A DNA stretch of 64,000 nucleotides from Eledone cirrhosa (GCA_964016885.1 OZ024740.1:287990001-288054000); one strand, 5' to 3'. Positions 41,411 through 55,400 are shown, counted from the first letter of the stretch. A program made the numbers and translations. The notes: generated by a model from the letters alone, not told the origin.

Positions 41411-42319
41411 CGCAGGCACGCAGACAGACACAATCTGAATATTTTTAACCTTTCATTTTCATAATAAAAAGTAAAATGAATGCCGATCGAGTCAGTTGTT
41501 ATTGTATGAGTTTAAACACGATATTTTCGCTATTTAAGCAGCGTTTAGGCGTCTTATACATCACGTAAGCCTCGTTCTCGTGATGAACCTCTGAGTCATG
41601 AGAGAAGTATCTTCTGATTTTTATTACGTAATGTCCACCCATAATAGTTTGTCGGCATGTGACAAACTATCACTCTGCCCACGCACAACATCACCCTTTC
41701 GGTTGAGTTATAGCTAAATAAGCACCCTTGGTTGACCAACGTACACATCCTTAGTTGTTTTATCGACGGAACATTTATGTATTGGCTCAAATCATTCCCA
41801 TATTACACCCTACCCGTCTAAAAAGAATGAGCACTGAATGCACAATGACGGAAAATGGTGTGATCGTTACGACTGGAAAGCTTTTGGTTTTAGGTCGGCT
41901 TAATCAATCGACTTTGTGCCATCAAAAAAAAAAAAAAAGATATAAAATCAAATAGAATAAAACTATATACTAAGTATCACATTTGAATAAAATATTAGTT
42001 TTCATAAAACTGTTATCAAATAACCACACATTCAATATTCAATAATCTCACAAGGAAATGTGAACATTGACAAATTAAAAAGAAAGAAACATGTTTTTCA
42101 TAACTATATAAAACTAGGTGACTACACAATATATAGGACTATTCAACATAATTCGTAAAATAATTGGCTTGTCTCCCCACAGCCTCGGCGGACAGAATGG
42201 AGAAGGCACTTTCCCGGAGGACGGCAAGGGAGACGCTGAAAGCTCCAAAATCCTAAAAATGTTTTTGCAATATAAAGAAAAATTCTTTAATTCAAAGTTG
42301 TATGTAGACTACGAGGAGA

Positions 42320-42560
42320 TGTGGAGGGTGTTCGACTTACGATCATAATTCGTAGGTTCGATTCCCGGGCTGGGTTGTGTTTTGTGTTCATTTCACGTTG
42401 CTCCTGTATACTCAGCTGGAAATGAATACCAGCAATAGTTGAGTTTTTAGCCCTGCGATGGACTGGCGTCCTGTCCAGGGGGGAGTCTTGTACTCTCAAT
42501 CGCTTCACGCCACGAAACTGGGATAAGCGTTGGTCCCACGAACCTCAAGGCTTGAGACAG
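42320..42560 (+). mobile_element. Second tRNA-derived SINE family (CORE-like); related pieces at 49415-49510 and 63105-63280
   Basis: B box GGTTCGATTCC; CACGTTGCTCC.GT..ACTCAGCTG; CCCTGCGATGGACTGGCGTCCTGTCCAGGGG; GTGTCCTTGAGCAAGACACTT in the 49.4-kb copy. Confidence 0.7.
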
Positions 42561-42628
42561 ACTTTAGAATGGTACCTGTTTACAACCATAGGTACAGGGC
42601 TGTTGTGAAATAAAGGAGGATACGCAAT

Positions 42629-42816
42629 AATTGTTTCTACTTTTGGCACAAGGCCAGCAATCACCCAGTGCATTACTGGTACTTTATTTTATCGACCCCG
42701 TAAGGATGAAAGGCAAAGTTAACCTCGGCGGGATTTGAACTCAGAATGGCAAGGGCCGTAACTCTATGCGCCAAAGCATGGCATCCGACACTCTACCAAT
42801 ACTGCCAATCCACCGC
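42629..42816 (-). mobile_element. tRNA-SINE (main family)
   Basis: Near-identity to other copies. Confidence 0.9.
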
Positions 42817-43069
42817 AATAATGGCGTGGGAATACTATCCGACGTCTTTCTAGTCTATCGATCATTACTTTCTCTCAAACGCACGAGGCAGAATTGAAAA
42901 GGAGCGATGCTAGAGCTGTGAAATCTTGCATACACTAATTTCAACTTTTTTTTTTATTAATAACTGCATTGTTTCTTTGTTGAAAAATAAACCTCATTTG
43001 GTAATTCCTTGATAGTATCTTAGTCAGCCGATGGACTTTTCAGCTGACCCTCCTACTAACTAATGACTG

Positions 43070-43270
43070 TTCTTACTCTTGGAGTGATACAGTCAGTTAT
43101 ACTTAGTAGCCAGTTACACTTGGAGAGGTACTGGTTGTTATACATAGCAGCCAGTTACACTTGGAGTGATACAGACTGTTATATTCAGCAACCAGTTACA
43201 TTTCACATATACATTCAGCAGGTACACTTAAATCCCATATGTATATACAGTCACATTTTGCAGTTACATC
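43070..43270. repeat. Degenerate ~42-bp tandem repeat
   Basis: Recurring CAGCCAGTTACACTTGGAG.GATAC. Confidence 0.65.
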
Positions 43271-43301
43271 TATCAGTGATATTAGCGCATACATGTTCAT
43301 A

Positions 43302-43825
<524 letters not shown>

Positions 43826-44117
43826 TTATGCTTATACATATATACTAAGTTAGAAATATTGACTGCTCCATCATTGTTGAACTGATTTAGACGATTTTGG
43901 CTGCTATTTCCAGCGTCAACATAAGCCCATCGCATTGTTCTAATACATAAAGTGGGATATATTCATATAGTAATTCAGCAATGCAACATGTTGTTCACCA
44001 TGCGGTCTAGCAACGTCATGGTATGTCTAATATATATTCAACTTGTCCCCTTATTCCTAAATAAGAACTCTCCTCCCGATGAAGCAACTGAAGTTCTTCC
44101 AATATTAGTTATTCCAA

Positions 44118-44302
44118 TGGCGGTGAATTGGCAGTATCGGTAGAGAGTCGGACATGCTTTCCAGCACAGTTACGTCCCCTTACGATCTGAGTTCAAATCC
44201 CGCCGAGGTTAACTTTGCCTTTCATCCTTACGGGGTCGATAAAATAAAGTGCCAGTAATGTACTGGGTTATTGCAGGCCTTGAGCCTAAAAGTAGAAACA
44301 GT
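44118..44302 (+). mobile_element. tRNA-SINE (main family) with 17-bp TSD
   Basis: TSD TATTAGTTATTCCAATG on both sides. Confidence 0.92.
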
Positions 44303-44446
44303 ATTAGTTATTCCAATGTCTTGAAATTACCGATGTTGTTTCTTGAGTTCCAGATACCAAGGTCAGGGAACTATATAAGTAAAAACCGACTTATTTTAGC
44401 CGATTTAGCTTATTTCATCCCAAATTGAGATTTTGGCTTAAGTTTA

Positions 44447-44493
<47 letters not shown>

Positions 44494-44519
44494 CTTTGAA
44501 TAACTTTGAAATGTTTTGG

Positions 44520-44945
44520 CCAGTATTGGCCCAGGCCATGTCTAACTTAATAGCACCACCTGGCGAAGTCTTTCAATTCAGGTTTGGGCACCATGGCCCA
44601 TTCGAGAAGAGAATTACTGTTTGCGGAGACATATCCGGGTGTGGGTGGTTTGTCCGGGATTACTTGGAGGAATTTGTCCAAAGACTTCTTAAATTTTGTG
44701 TGGTCAGTTTCTGTTTTGACGTGTCCTGGTGTGATGTTGAAGAGAGCAGGGCCAATTGAGGTGAAATAATTGTGCCGTATTGTTGTTATGAGTTCCGATT
44801 TAGATTTTTGTTTGGGACGGATAGCACGGGGCCCAAGCCTTGGGTGTATTTTGAAGGTGATGCCAACATCATTTGGGCAGTGCTGATGAAACATTTTCCA
44901 CATCATGCAGATAATATAACGCTCACGGCGACGTTGGAGTGAGAT
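44520..44945 (-). mobile_element. CR1-clade LINE 3' end
   Basis: SLQRRRERYIICMMWK..GPALFN..FKKSLDKFLQVIPDKPPTPGY..NSL. Confidence 0.85.
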
Positions 44946-45279
44946 ATATATGGAAAAGAATGAAACGAAATTTCATTTCTCACTCTTAGTACGGCTGATA
45001 CCTAAATATAAGTATGTATACGTACATACATATATGTGTACAGACGTACAGTAGTATGTATATATATATATACATACACGCGCACATATATATATATATA
45101 TGTACGTATGGGTTTACCGAACATTTATTATAATGTTCGGTTTGTTTGTAAACAAACAGCCCGAATTACGCTGTACAGTACTCGGCAGCCATCGTCGCTT
45201 TTTTGTTTAACACTGACGTTAATATGCATAAGGAAAGTATATACTTTCAAACGTTCAATCGTCTGACAGAAAGGTATAC

Positions 45280-45318
45280 GATGCTGACGATAGCTAATAA
45301 GCTTGAAACTAGTACATC
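45280..45318 (+). ncRNA. Minimal type I hammerhead ribozyme
   Basis: GATG-CTGACGA-TAGCT/AGCTT-GAAA-CTAG-TA-CATC; palindromic ACTAGT stem III; lies between inverted arms 45008-45217 and 45327-45555. Confidence 0.8.
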
Positions 45319-45460
45319 ATTCCTGTGTCAGTGTTGAACAAAAGGGCGTCGACGGTTGCCGAACACTGTACGGCGTAATTCGGGCTGTTTGTTTACAAAC
45401 AAACCGAACATTATAATAAATGTTCGGTAAACCCATACGTACATATATATATATGTGTGC

Positions 45461-45507
<47 letters not shown>

Positions 45508-45564
45508 CTTCTGTACGTCTGTACACATATATATATGTACGTATACATACTTATATATATATAA

Positions 45565-45754
45565 GGGCGGTGGATTGGAAGTATCGGTAGAGAGTCGGAC
45601 ACAATGCTTTGAAGCATAGAGTTACGTCCCTTTATGATCTGAGTTCAAATCTCTCCGAGGTTAACTTTGCCTTTCATCCTTACGGGGTCGATAAAATAAA
45701 GTACCAGTAATGTACTGGGTAATTGCTGGCCTTGTGCCTAAAATAGAAACAATT
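45565..45754 (+). mobile_element. tRNA-SINE (main family)
   Basis: Near-identity to other copies. Confidence 0.9.
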
Positions 45755-46504
45755 ATATATATATATATGAATGTATGTATAGTATATTTGGCAATATACC
45801 ATATATTTAATTAAAAACATTTTGAAGACCATGCGCTATCACTTTTAAAGTAGTGACTATGTCACTTCTTTTTTTTTCGGCAAAGGAAGGGAGAGAAGCT
45901 AACAGAGTCTGTTTCACACTGTTGGTGAAAATCATAGAAGCTGGATTCTTATAGAATCCCAGTAATAATCAGGAGCTGATTATACAGAGCGATTGCCGGT
46001 CCAGCAAAAATTAGGTATTAGGATTGGTGCTCTGAAATAGCGATGTATACAATGATAGCGTATGGTCTTCAAAATGTTTTAAATTAAACATACGGTATAT
46101 TGCCAAATATACTATACATACATTCATGTATACATCACTATTTCAGAGCACCAATCCTAATATATATATATATATATATATACACACAGTTCAAGAGTAA
46201 CCAATCTTAAAGAGAGAGATGGAGATAGGAGAGGAGATAGGAGAGGAGAGATTGGTGAATTAGTTAGAAGCCAAAGCGTAAAGGCATGTGCTCAATGTGC
46301 AATATGCAGTGGAAGGCAGTTAGGTGTCTGGGTTCATGTAGAGGTTAGGTGCACAGAGCTGGAAATATTCATTAGTTAAGCAAAACAAGACCACAAATTG
46401 ACAAGGAAGACATTATTAAAAGATTGTCGACATATTTTAGCTTGATGTAAGGAATGTAGAGAATAATAATAATATTAATAATAATAATAATATTAATAAT
46501 AATA

Positions 46505-47290
46505 GATCCACAGACATGGAACTGGTTGAGAAGAGGAGACCTCAAAAAGGCTACAGAAGGAATGCTAATGGCTGCGCAGGAGCAGGCCCTCAAAACGAAG
46601 TGGTTGAAGCACCATATTTACAAGGAGGAGGCTAGCCCACTGTGCAGGATCTGTGGAGAGAGAGAGGAGACTGTGGCTCACATTGTGTCCGAGTGTAAAC
46701 ACCTAGCCCAGACCCACTATAAGGGCTGGAGACACGATGTGATGGGCAGGGTGATCCACTGGCACCTGTGCAAAGTAAACAATTTACCACATTCTGAGAA
46801 ATGGTATGAGCATAGGCCAGAGGCGGTGATGGAGAACAATCAGGTGAAGGTGCTGTGGGATTTTAGGATACAGACGGACAAAAAACTGGAACACAATAGA
46901 CCTGACCTGGTGGTTGTGGACAAAGAAAAAAGATCGTGTCTGATTGTGGATGTGGCCTGCCCGTTCGACACGAGAGTGCAAGAGAAGGAGAGGGAGAAAA
47001 TTAACCGATACCAGGACCTAAAGTGGGAGGTGAAAAGGATTTGGAACTGCCATGAAGTCAAAGTGATCCCGATTGTCATAGGCGCACTGGGGACTATCTC
47101 CAAAAGTTTCCAGGGATGGTTAAAGAAAATCGGCCCCTTCACGCTTTTTGGAACGCTTCAAAAGGCATGCTTGCTTGGAACAGCAAGAACCCTCCGATAC
47201 GTCCTGAATATCTGAGGCTGCAGGTAGTGGCTTGATATTCAATCCAACGGACTTTCCAGTTAACCAACATCAATGACTGAGATTCAAGGA
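46505..47290 (+). mobile_element. Dong/R4-clade non-LTR retrotransposon 3' end in (TAA)n
   Basis: Open frame to 47215: AAQEQAL, CRIC..ETVAHIVSEC, RHD, KVLWDF.IQTD, NRPDLVVVDK..IVDVACP..EK..RYQDL (restriction-like endonuclease); duplicated AATAATAATAATATTAATAATAATAAT flanks. Confidence 0.92.
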
Positions 47291-47332
47291 ATAACAACAA
47301 TAATAATAATAATATTAATAATAATAATGTCC

Positions 47333-47540
47333 GTTTACAATTGTTTCGCTACTCCATATAATATTTCTGGATCAAATGATTATATATCATTATTGATTTT
47401 CATCCTTACGGGGTCGATAAAATAAAGTACCAGTAATGCACTGGGTAATTGCTGGCCTTGTGCCTAAAGTAGAAACAATTATTGATCTGGTTCAGTTGAA
47501 AATAATTAACATAAGTAAAAATAGAGCAGCTCATCGGAAC
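47333..47540 (-). ncRNA. Hammerhead motif with SINE fragment in stem-loop II (left arm)
   Basis: Reverse complement of 47799-47990. Confidence 0.6.
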
Positions 47541-47798
47541 TTCAAAAGGAATATAAATTAAAATAAGGAAAGAGTGTTACATAAATGTAATGTTCCATAT
47601 GTTGGTATTTCACTATGGTGTCCTGGGTATATCAATTGTCTGCCATAGTCGAGCAGTATTCTTCTGTCGAGGCTGCATTGTGTGAGATCTGCCTATGGGT
47701 AACAAGATATACCCAGGACACCATAGTGAAATACCAACATATGGAACATTACATTTATGTAACATTCTTTCCTTATTTCAATTTATATTCCTTTTGAA

Positions 47799-47990
47799 GT
47801 TCCGATGAGCTGCTCTATTTTTACCTATGTTAATTATTTTCAACCGAACCAGATTAATAATTGTTTCTACTTTAGGCACAAGGCCAGCAATTACCAGTGC
47901 ATTACTGGTACTTTATTTTATCGACCCCGTAAGGATGAAAGACAAATTTGATCCAGAAATATTATATGGAATAGCGAAACAATTGTAAAC
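47799..47990 (+). ncRNA. Hammerhead motif with SINE fragment in stem-loop II (right arm)
   Basis: GTT-CCGATGA-GCTGCTCTAT...ATGGAATAGC-GAAA-CAATTG-TA-AAC. Confidence 0.65.
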
Positions 47991-48202
47991 GGACATTATT
48001 ATTATTTCATCCTTACGGGGTCGATAAAATAAAGTACCAGTAATGCACTGGGTAATTGCTGACCTTGTGCCTAACGTAGAAACAATTATTATTATTAATA
48101 TTATTATTATTCTCTACATACCTTACATCAAACTAAAATATGTTGACAATCTTTTAATAATGTCTTCCTTGTGAAATTTGTGGTTTTGTTTTGCTTAACT
48201 AA

Positions 48203-48288
<86 letters not shown>

Positions 48289-48294
48289 TAGTAA

Positions 48295-48762
48295 CATGTG
48301 GCTTACGCCGTATTTGACTAAATAGAATTAGTCTGTTAGTTGGGATTTAAAAAACCCTCTGAATGCAAAAGAATTGTTGGTGTAATGGTAACACATCGGT
48401 CCGGGAAACCAAAGATGTGGATTCGATTCTAAACAAAGCCTTCTTTGTGTCTCCCTATATATATATATATATATATTAGAAATTAGAAATTATAAGCTTT
48501 CACCGTATTTTAGACTAAAGAAATTTCTAGCCTGATAGTGGGGTTTATAACCCTCGGAGAAATGGAAAAAGATGAGTGTTGCCGTACATGGGACGGCAAC
48601 ACTCATCTTTTTCCATTTCTCTGAGGGTTATAAACCCCACTATCAGGCTAGAAATTTCTTTAGTCTAAAATACGGTGAAAGCTTATAATTTCTAATTTCT
48701 AATTTTTAAACTTGCGCACCGTTTCAAAAACATACTTACATGTTTACATTTATAATTTGCTT

Positions 48763-48770
<8 letters not shown>
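48295..48770. mobile_element. Two copies of the tRNA-headed fold-back family (48295-48455 diverged, 48478-48770 near-perfect palindrome)
   Basis: 48478-48585 inverted at 48592-48703; TGTTGGTGTAATGGTAACAC..GTGGATTCGATTC at 48375-48430. Confidence 0.75.
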
Positions 48771-48812
<42 letters not shown>

Positions 48813-49036
48813 ACATATATATATAAAAGCGCGTCTGTGTGTGCTCATCTTTCTTCCCCAATAATTCCAATGGATTATATTTTTTAACACGATATCTTAC
48901 TTTTCTTACATTGCTATAAAAAGCACAATACCTTCTAGTCGCTATTGTGCTTTTTGTGTACCTGTTTACAAACAAACCGAACATTATAATAAATGTTCGG
49001 TAAACCCATACGTACATATATATATATGTGTGCATG

Positions 49037-49069
<33 letters not shown>

Positions 49070-49587
49070 TACTCCATGTGTACCTGTTATGGCTGAATTG
49101 CTTTAATTTATTTGTCTTGTCTTCTGCTCCACGGACAGCGCTTAGGCTTGTTTGTCAGACGCTGTGACCTCAGGTGGACCAACAGTATCGTTGGTAGGGA
49201 TCGACACTGCCAAAATCCAGCTCAACGACTGAAGACCTTAGACTTCTGTATCTTTTGTTTGTCCATTTATTGTTTTTTAATGCTTAGTTTTACCATATTT
49301 TCGTTCGTTGTCTTCTCTTTTTCATTTATCCTAATTCCATTATATATCTATATCATTATAAAAAAGAAGTTTGTACGTTGACCGCTAATAACACTAAATA
49401 AAATATATAATTCTCCGACCGGGTGATGCATTGTGTCCTTGAGCAAGACACTTTAATTTTACGTTGCTCCAGTTTACTCAGCTGCAGAAATGAGTTGCGA
49501 CGTCACTGGTGCCAAATTATACCCACTCTGAATCTCCTCATGCATTGAGCATTCCCAGCATTAGTGGTTTCCTTTGTCTCAACACCG

Positions 49588-49722
<135 letters not shown>

Positions 49723-50091
49723 GAGAGTATTGAAGTTTGCTTGAAGCATTGTGGAACAATAAGTAAATATTTATAAGTCGTTTGGAAGCCTCGACAATGC
49801 AAATGGGTAAATCTCCGGGTAACAAGGTCCGGTGGTGGAGAGAGAGATATGTAAGTGGGTGTACGTTGAGATGCGTGGTGTGTATAAGATGTGTGAGATG
49901 TGTAGAATGAAGGGAAGAGTAAAAGAATAAAAATAATAATAACAACACAAGAGAGAGAGTTACCTTGGGAGAGATTTAATAGTCCCTATATATTTCGGAT
50001 TCACATCCATCAACTGGGGTTTTTTCCAGGGTGGGGGAAAAGGTTGTCTGTCGGACAACTCGGAACGCGTCTTTCGCTGTCTGTTGATTTG

Positions 50092-50147
<56 letters not shown>

Positions 50148-50238
50148 CTAACACTGTCAGTTGCCTTAACTTGAACATGAACAAATCTACACCAATCCAA
50201 TGCTATCCTCGAAGGATGACGTTTAGTAGTTACAGAAA

Positions 50239-50455
50239 AATTGTTTCTACTTTAGGCACAAAGCCACCAATTTGCGGGGAGGAGAAAGTCGATTAAATCG
50301 ACCCCAGTGTATTACTGGTGCTTTATTTTATCGGCTCCGTAAGGATGAAAGGTAAAGCTAACCTCGACGGGTTTGAACTCAGACCGTAAAGGGGCGTAAC
50401 CCTCTGCCTTAAAGCATATTGTCCGACGCTCTTCCGATACTGCCAATCTACCAAC
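50239..50455 (-). mobile_element. tRNA-SINE, longer subfamily; older + strand copy at 51225-51368
   Basis: Same head and central domain with extra segment. Confidence 0.8.
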
Positions 50456-52653
50456 CTAGTAGATACAGAAATATAAAAGTAAAATATTACAGAAAACGGT
50501 TATTGGATTAAAAAATAAAATCAACTGTAGCACCAGATTAATAAAAGAGCAACATTTCACAAATCTGTAAAGACTGTTGAAACACTTTTTTTGACCCCTC
50601 AACTGGTTTTCTGATATGCTATTGACTTAGTTATCCAGATAATTGTCATACTGAGAAATGCTATTTCCTGTAATCCTTTTCCTGGTTATCGGAAAGGATT
50701 ACTTTAAACTTATTATGGCAACTGCGTTTCCCGACAATCTTGTTACATTGAGAAAAAAGTTTTAAAAAAACTGAGACGCATTTAGTACCAGATCTAAACG
50801 GGAGAACAGTTCATGATGAACTGGGGAAGAGAGTGAGAGAGAAAGAAAGATGCGGATAGAGGGTGAACGAGGGTGAGAGAAGGGGATGCAGGGGTAGAGT
50901 GGGTAGAGGTGGTAGAGAGGGTAGAGGGGGTAGAGGGTGATATAGGGGGTAGAAGGGGACAGAGAGAAGTGTATCCGTTGTTGGTTTAATTGAAAGTCGC
51001 ATGGCGTCAGCAAGTTTAAAGAATCACAGACAGGTGTAATAGTGGTAGAAGAATGTGAATATTTGTTGACTTAGTGACAGGGATTGTAGAGTACTCAAGT
51101 GGGTAGTTCAGTCTACCAAACTGTCAATATCTTGTGAGATGGGATTCTGAATAATTATATGTGTAAACAGATCCACCACTCATGGATTTAACTCCTTTAA
51201 ATGCTTCAGAGACTACGAATTGACATAGTCGTTAGAACGCCTGAACGAATGCTTACGGCATCTGTCCCGACACTCTGCATTCTCTGAGTTCAAAACCCAC
51301 TGATGTCAACTTCACCTTTCAATCTTTCGAGGTCGATAAAAAAGCACCAGTTAGTACTGGGGTCGATTCCTTCTTTATATTTCGTTTTAATTTCCTCTCT
51401 ATCACATTTGTTTTTCCTTTCTTTAGAAGATATCGGCTGGGATCAGACCAGGAGAGGGAATGGATTCCACCAAGTTTTTTAAAAAAATGTGCAAGACACG
51501 CTGTATGTTATTACGGTACCCCTACCATTCCACCAGGAGTTACGTGTCCATGCATGCAAATGCTTCAGACCACCACGCCTTTGAACATACTTATGTATAT
51601 TCCAGTTCCTTAAAATCTGTAAATTATTAAAGTACAATGCGATTAATTCATTAAACCCTTTAACTCTTTTAAATATTTAAGGTTTTCTCTGTGTAGTGTC
51701 ATGAGCAGATACCACATCAGTACTAAATAACCACTACGAAATTACCACAAACATCACCATGACACCGCCTTTAATTTCATAGGTGACATGTGTACCGGGT
51801 TTAACAGGATGCATAGGGTCTATCTCCGATTACATGACCAGAAGGAGTAGTCTGCTAATTCAAACTAAGAACCTCCACCCAGCCACATTCATTTAGGCGT
51901 ATTCTTCTGTGTGGATCATCATCTGGTGAATGACTCCTTTGCTAGAATATCCTCGATAATATTGTAGTAAATGGCAATCAACAACATTATTAACAACGCT
52001 GACAACAACAACAACAACAACAACAGTAACAACAACAGTAACAACAACAGCAACAGCAGCAACGACAATAACAATAACAACACCTCCATTAGCTAACCCG
52101 GATTTAACAAAATAATGGCAGAAGAATGAAAAAAGAAAAGAAATCTGTCAGTGTAATATGGTGAGATAGCTTTGACATTTGTATTGGGTGGCTAGTTGAT
52201 AATCTTATGCAGCTTTGTTTAAGGTCAGTCTGTGGTAAGCTCTGTTGAATAAGAATAGAAACCCGCACAAACATCAAGATTTTGGAGTTTTTCGAGTGGA
52301 ATTTGACGAACCGTATTAAAATAACTGGACTTTTGTATATTTGATGACATAAACATTACAGGAGTGGCTGGCAATAGTTCTGGCTGGTAGTTGCAAATTA
52401 ACTGTTCGCATTCCTTACTAACAACACACTAACCCACATATATACATAAACGGCATACCTTAGTAAGATACAAACCTCTATGTCTATCCTTCCACCTACG
52501 AGTATCTAACGTCTAATCTACATACCCCCACATGGATTTATTTACATATCTAATTACATACTGCACCATCTCTCTCTCTCTCTCTCTCTATCACATACAC
52601 ATGCACACATATAAATAGTGAAGGAATAAGAACAAATTGAATTAGTTAATTAA

Positions 52654-52770
52654 TATTTTGTTTAACGATCGTTTCAGGGTGCAAAATTATCGATGGTAGT
52701 TATATAACTTCATACCATCAGCTTAAAGAAAAGCACATCTATTTTGGTGTCTATCTTCAGAGACAATATA
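52654..52770 (-). ncRNA. Hammerhead motif with long stem II (degenerate)
   Basis: TATATTGTCT-CTGAAGA-(~78 nt with internal hairpins)-GAAA-CGATCG-TT-AAACAAAATA. Confidence 0.55.
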
Positions 52771-53143
52771 CAATCACCAACTCCCCACAGAAGTACACAC
52801 ACGAAATTACACTTATATCAGAAGCTTGACCACAAGAACATTTTAGTAAAGTTCACTCTGTTGAACGTATTCAGGCCAAGTTCTCCAGTCTATGGTCAAC
52901 ACAATATCTTCGTATACTGCTTCCTCATACATATTCATCTGTGTTGCACCAAATTTTATTGCTGTTATTGTTATTGTTTTCTTTGTTATTGAAGTCCATT
53001 CGACGAGCTTGCAAAACAGTTTCTGTCTACCTAATTTCACTTACAAGACATGAGTTAACCCGAGGTTATGACACTTGCCCAAGATCGAAACCGGAATTAA
53101 ATGATTGCGAAGTAAACTTCTTAACCATTCGGGCAAGCAATAT

Positions 53144-53259
<116 letters not shown>

Positions 53260-53535
53260 GGTGTGTATGTGTGTGCGTGTGTGTGTGTTAAGTACAGAGC
53301 TATTTAATTATGTAATAAATTTTACGCTTGTGTGCATCTTGTATAACTGACTCTGTGTGTACATGTGTTTTTTTCCGTTATTTTAATCCAGCCTCACTTT
53401 TATTTATAATAGATTTTAATTTCATTTCTTATATCCATAATAAAAATTTTATCTGATGAACGAGAGCAAACGTTTCTGTTAGAATCGTTTAACTTCGCTT
53501 AACCTTGGGTAATGGAATAATTATATTGTGTTGTC

Positions 53536-53583
<48 letters not shown>

Positions 53584-53756
53584 ACACACATACATATATA
53601 TATATATAGACAGTCTATCGACAGGATCCCAGACCTCAATCGCATAATGAGTGAGGTGGAGCTCGTCAAATAGGACCGTGGAAACAATGTTTCCATTGGT
53701 CTTTCCAATTGCTAATACTGTCTGTCGGTCGCAAATCGAACCAAATATATATATAT

Positions 53757-55030
53757 ATCATGTTTGAACGAAAGATCTGTCCGGTTTGTGAGTCGAAAAT
53801 GTTGAACATAATTAATTAAAGTTCCATATTTATCTGATGTATAGTTATTCCACCATAAGTAATAATATAATTTCTTCTATTAGAGTATAAGAACATTATT
53901 CAACCTGACTCTATGTTTGAAGACATTCGACATGACTTCGTAAGTGCATCAACAAAATCCAGCCAGAGCACATGTAGCGTGAAAGAATATGTAAGAGGGT
54001 GGCTGAGAAGTTCATAGGCTGACTATAAAGGAGTGATGTTAATGCTGTGAAATGCTGCATGCATTAATTTCAACTCTTCTTATTAATAACTGCATTGTTT
54101 CAGGGACTATGTTGAAAAATAAACCTGATTTGGTCATTCCATGAGAGTATCTTTGTCAGCCTATGAAGTTTTCGGCCAATCCTCGTAGAAGGTGTTTTAC
54201 CCGTTTCAGAAACAAGGGTTTCATACTAAAGGATGAACCAAATGGACTCGATTCAGTGGCATTAGAAGTGGCTATGGCATCAAATTCTGTCATTACAGTT
54301 AAGGAACTCAGCAGGCATTTCAATGTTAGCTATACAATAAATTGGAAAGAAAGGTTTTGAAAAGATTTTAAAGTTTGGAAAATGGATCCCACACTACCTG
54401 TCGGTAGAGAATCACTAACAACGGGTCAATAACTATAAGTGTCCTTTTTTGGTCATAGTCATTACTGAGCATGAGAAAACAGTGTTTTATATGAAGCACC
54501 GTCTTCTGTAGCTTAGTCTTAGTGATAAATCTGCTCATCGGCCGAGAGGGGGTTTACATCCAAGGATGGCCCTGTTAAGTGTGTAGTGGAATGGAATATG
54601 CAAGGAATATTTAATTATGAACTGTTAATCAACAATTAAATAATGACAGCTGAGATTTACTGCAAACAGCTACACTGAAGGAAAACAGTTTGGCACAAAT
54701 AAAAGTATCCACCCTTGGAGGACAGAAAACAGGTCATTTTGCGTCAAAATAATGCTAGTCTTCATACTGCGCGAACTCACAAGGATTCTCTAAAGGAATT
54801 TGGCTGGGAAAAATTGTGTCATTCATCATATTCTCCTGGGTTTGCTCCTTCACATTATCATTTGTTTAGAGGTTTACAAAATCATTGTGATGGAGTTAGA
54901 CTAACATTAAGAGAGAAGGTCGAAAATAAGTCTCCTATTTCAAATCAAAGACTAAAAACTTCTTGACAGAATTATATCAAAATACATGTTAAAATTAGTC
55001 AGAATGTTCGGATCTATTCAAATATACATA
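53757..55030 (+). mobile_element. Decayed mariner transposon with a nested mariner MITE (53992-54186)
   Basis: Remnants KWIPH.L, GLHPRMALLSV, RQNNASLHTA, HSSYSPGFAPSHYHLFRGLQN; MITE TIRs GAGGGTGGCTGAGAAGTTCATAGGCTGAC / GTCAGCCTATGAAGTTTTCGGCCAATCCTCG. Confidence 0.8.
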
Positions 55031-55197
55031 TGCACCTGTGTTGAAAGTGTATAAAGTGTATGTTGTGTGCTAACCATACTAAGGTTCCACGCTTCACCTC
55101 GAACAGGAAACGAATTGCAGTTTATCACTTCGAAAATAAAGACTTCTGGTATCAGGTGACTAGTATTGTTAGACGGAGATTTCATCTAGCAGGTCAA

Positions 55198-55400
<203 letters not shown>

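Noticed and set aside
49984-50022. Possible minus-strand hammerhead (GGAT/ATCC stem, GAAA-TATA-TA-GGG)
   Set aside because: Core reads CAGTTGA, two mismatches from CUGANGA; at best a dead relic
53448-53530. CTGATGA..GGAA-TAATTA-TA hammerhead-like pattern
   Set aside because: GAAA mutated and stem I does not pair convincingly
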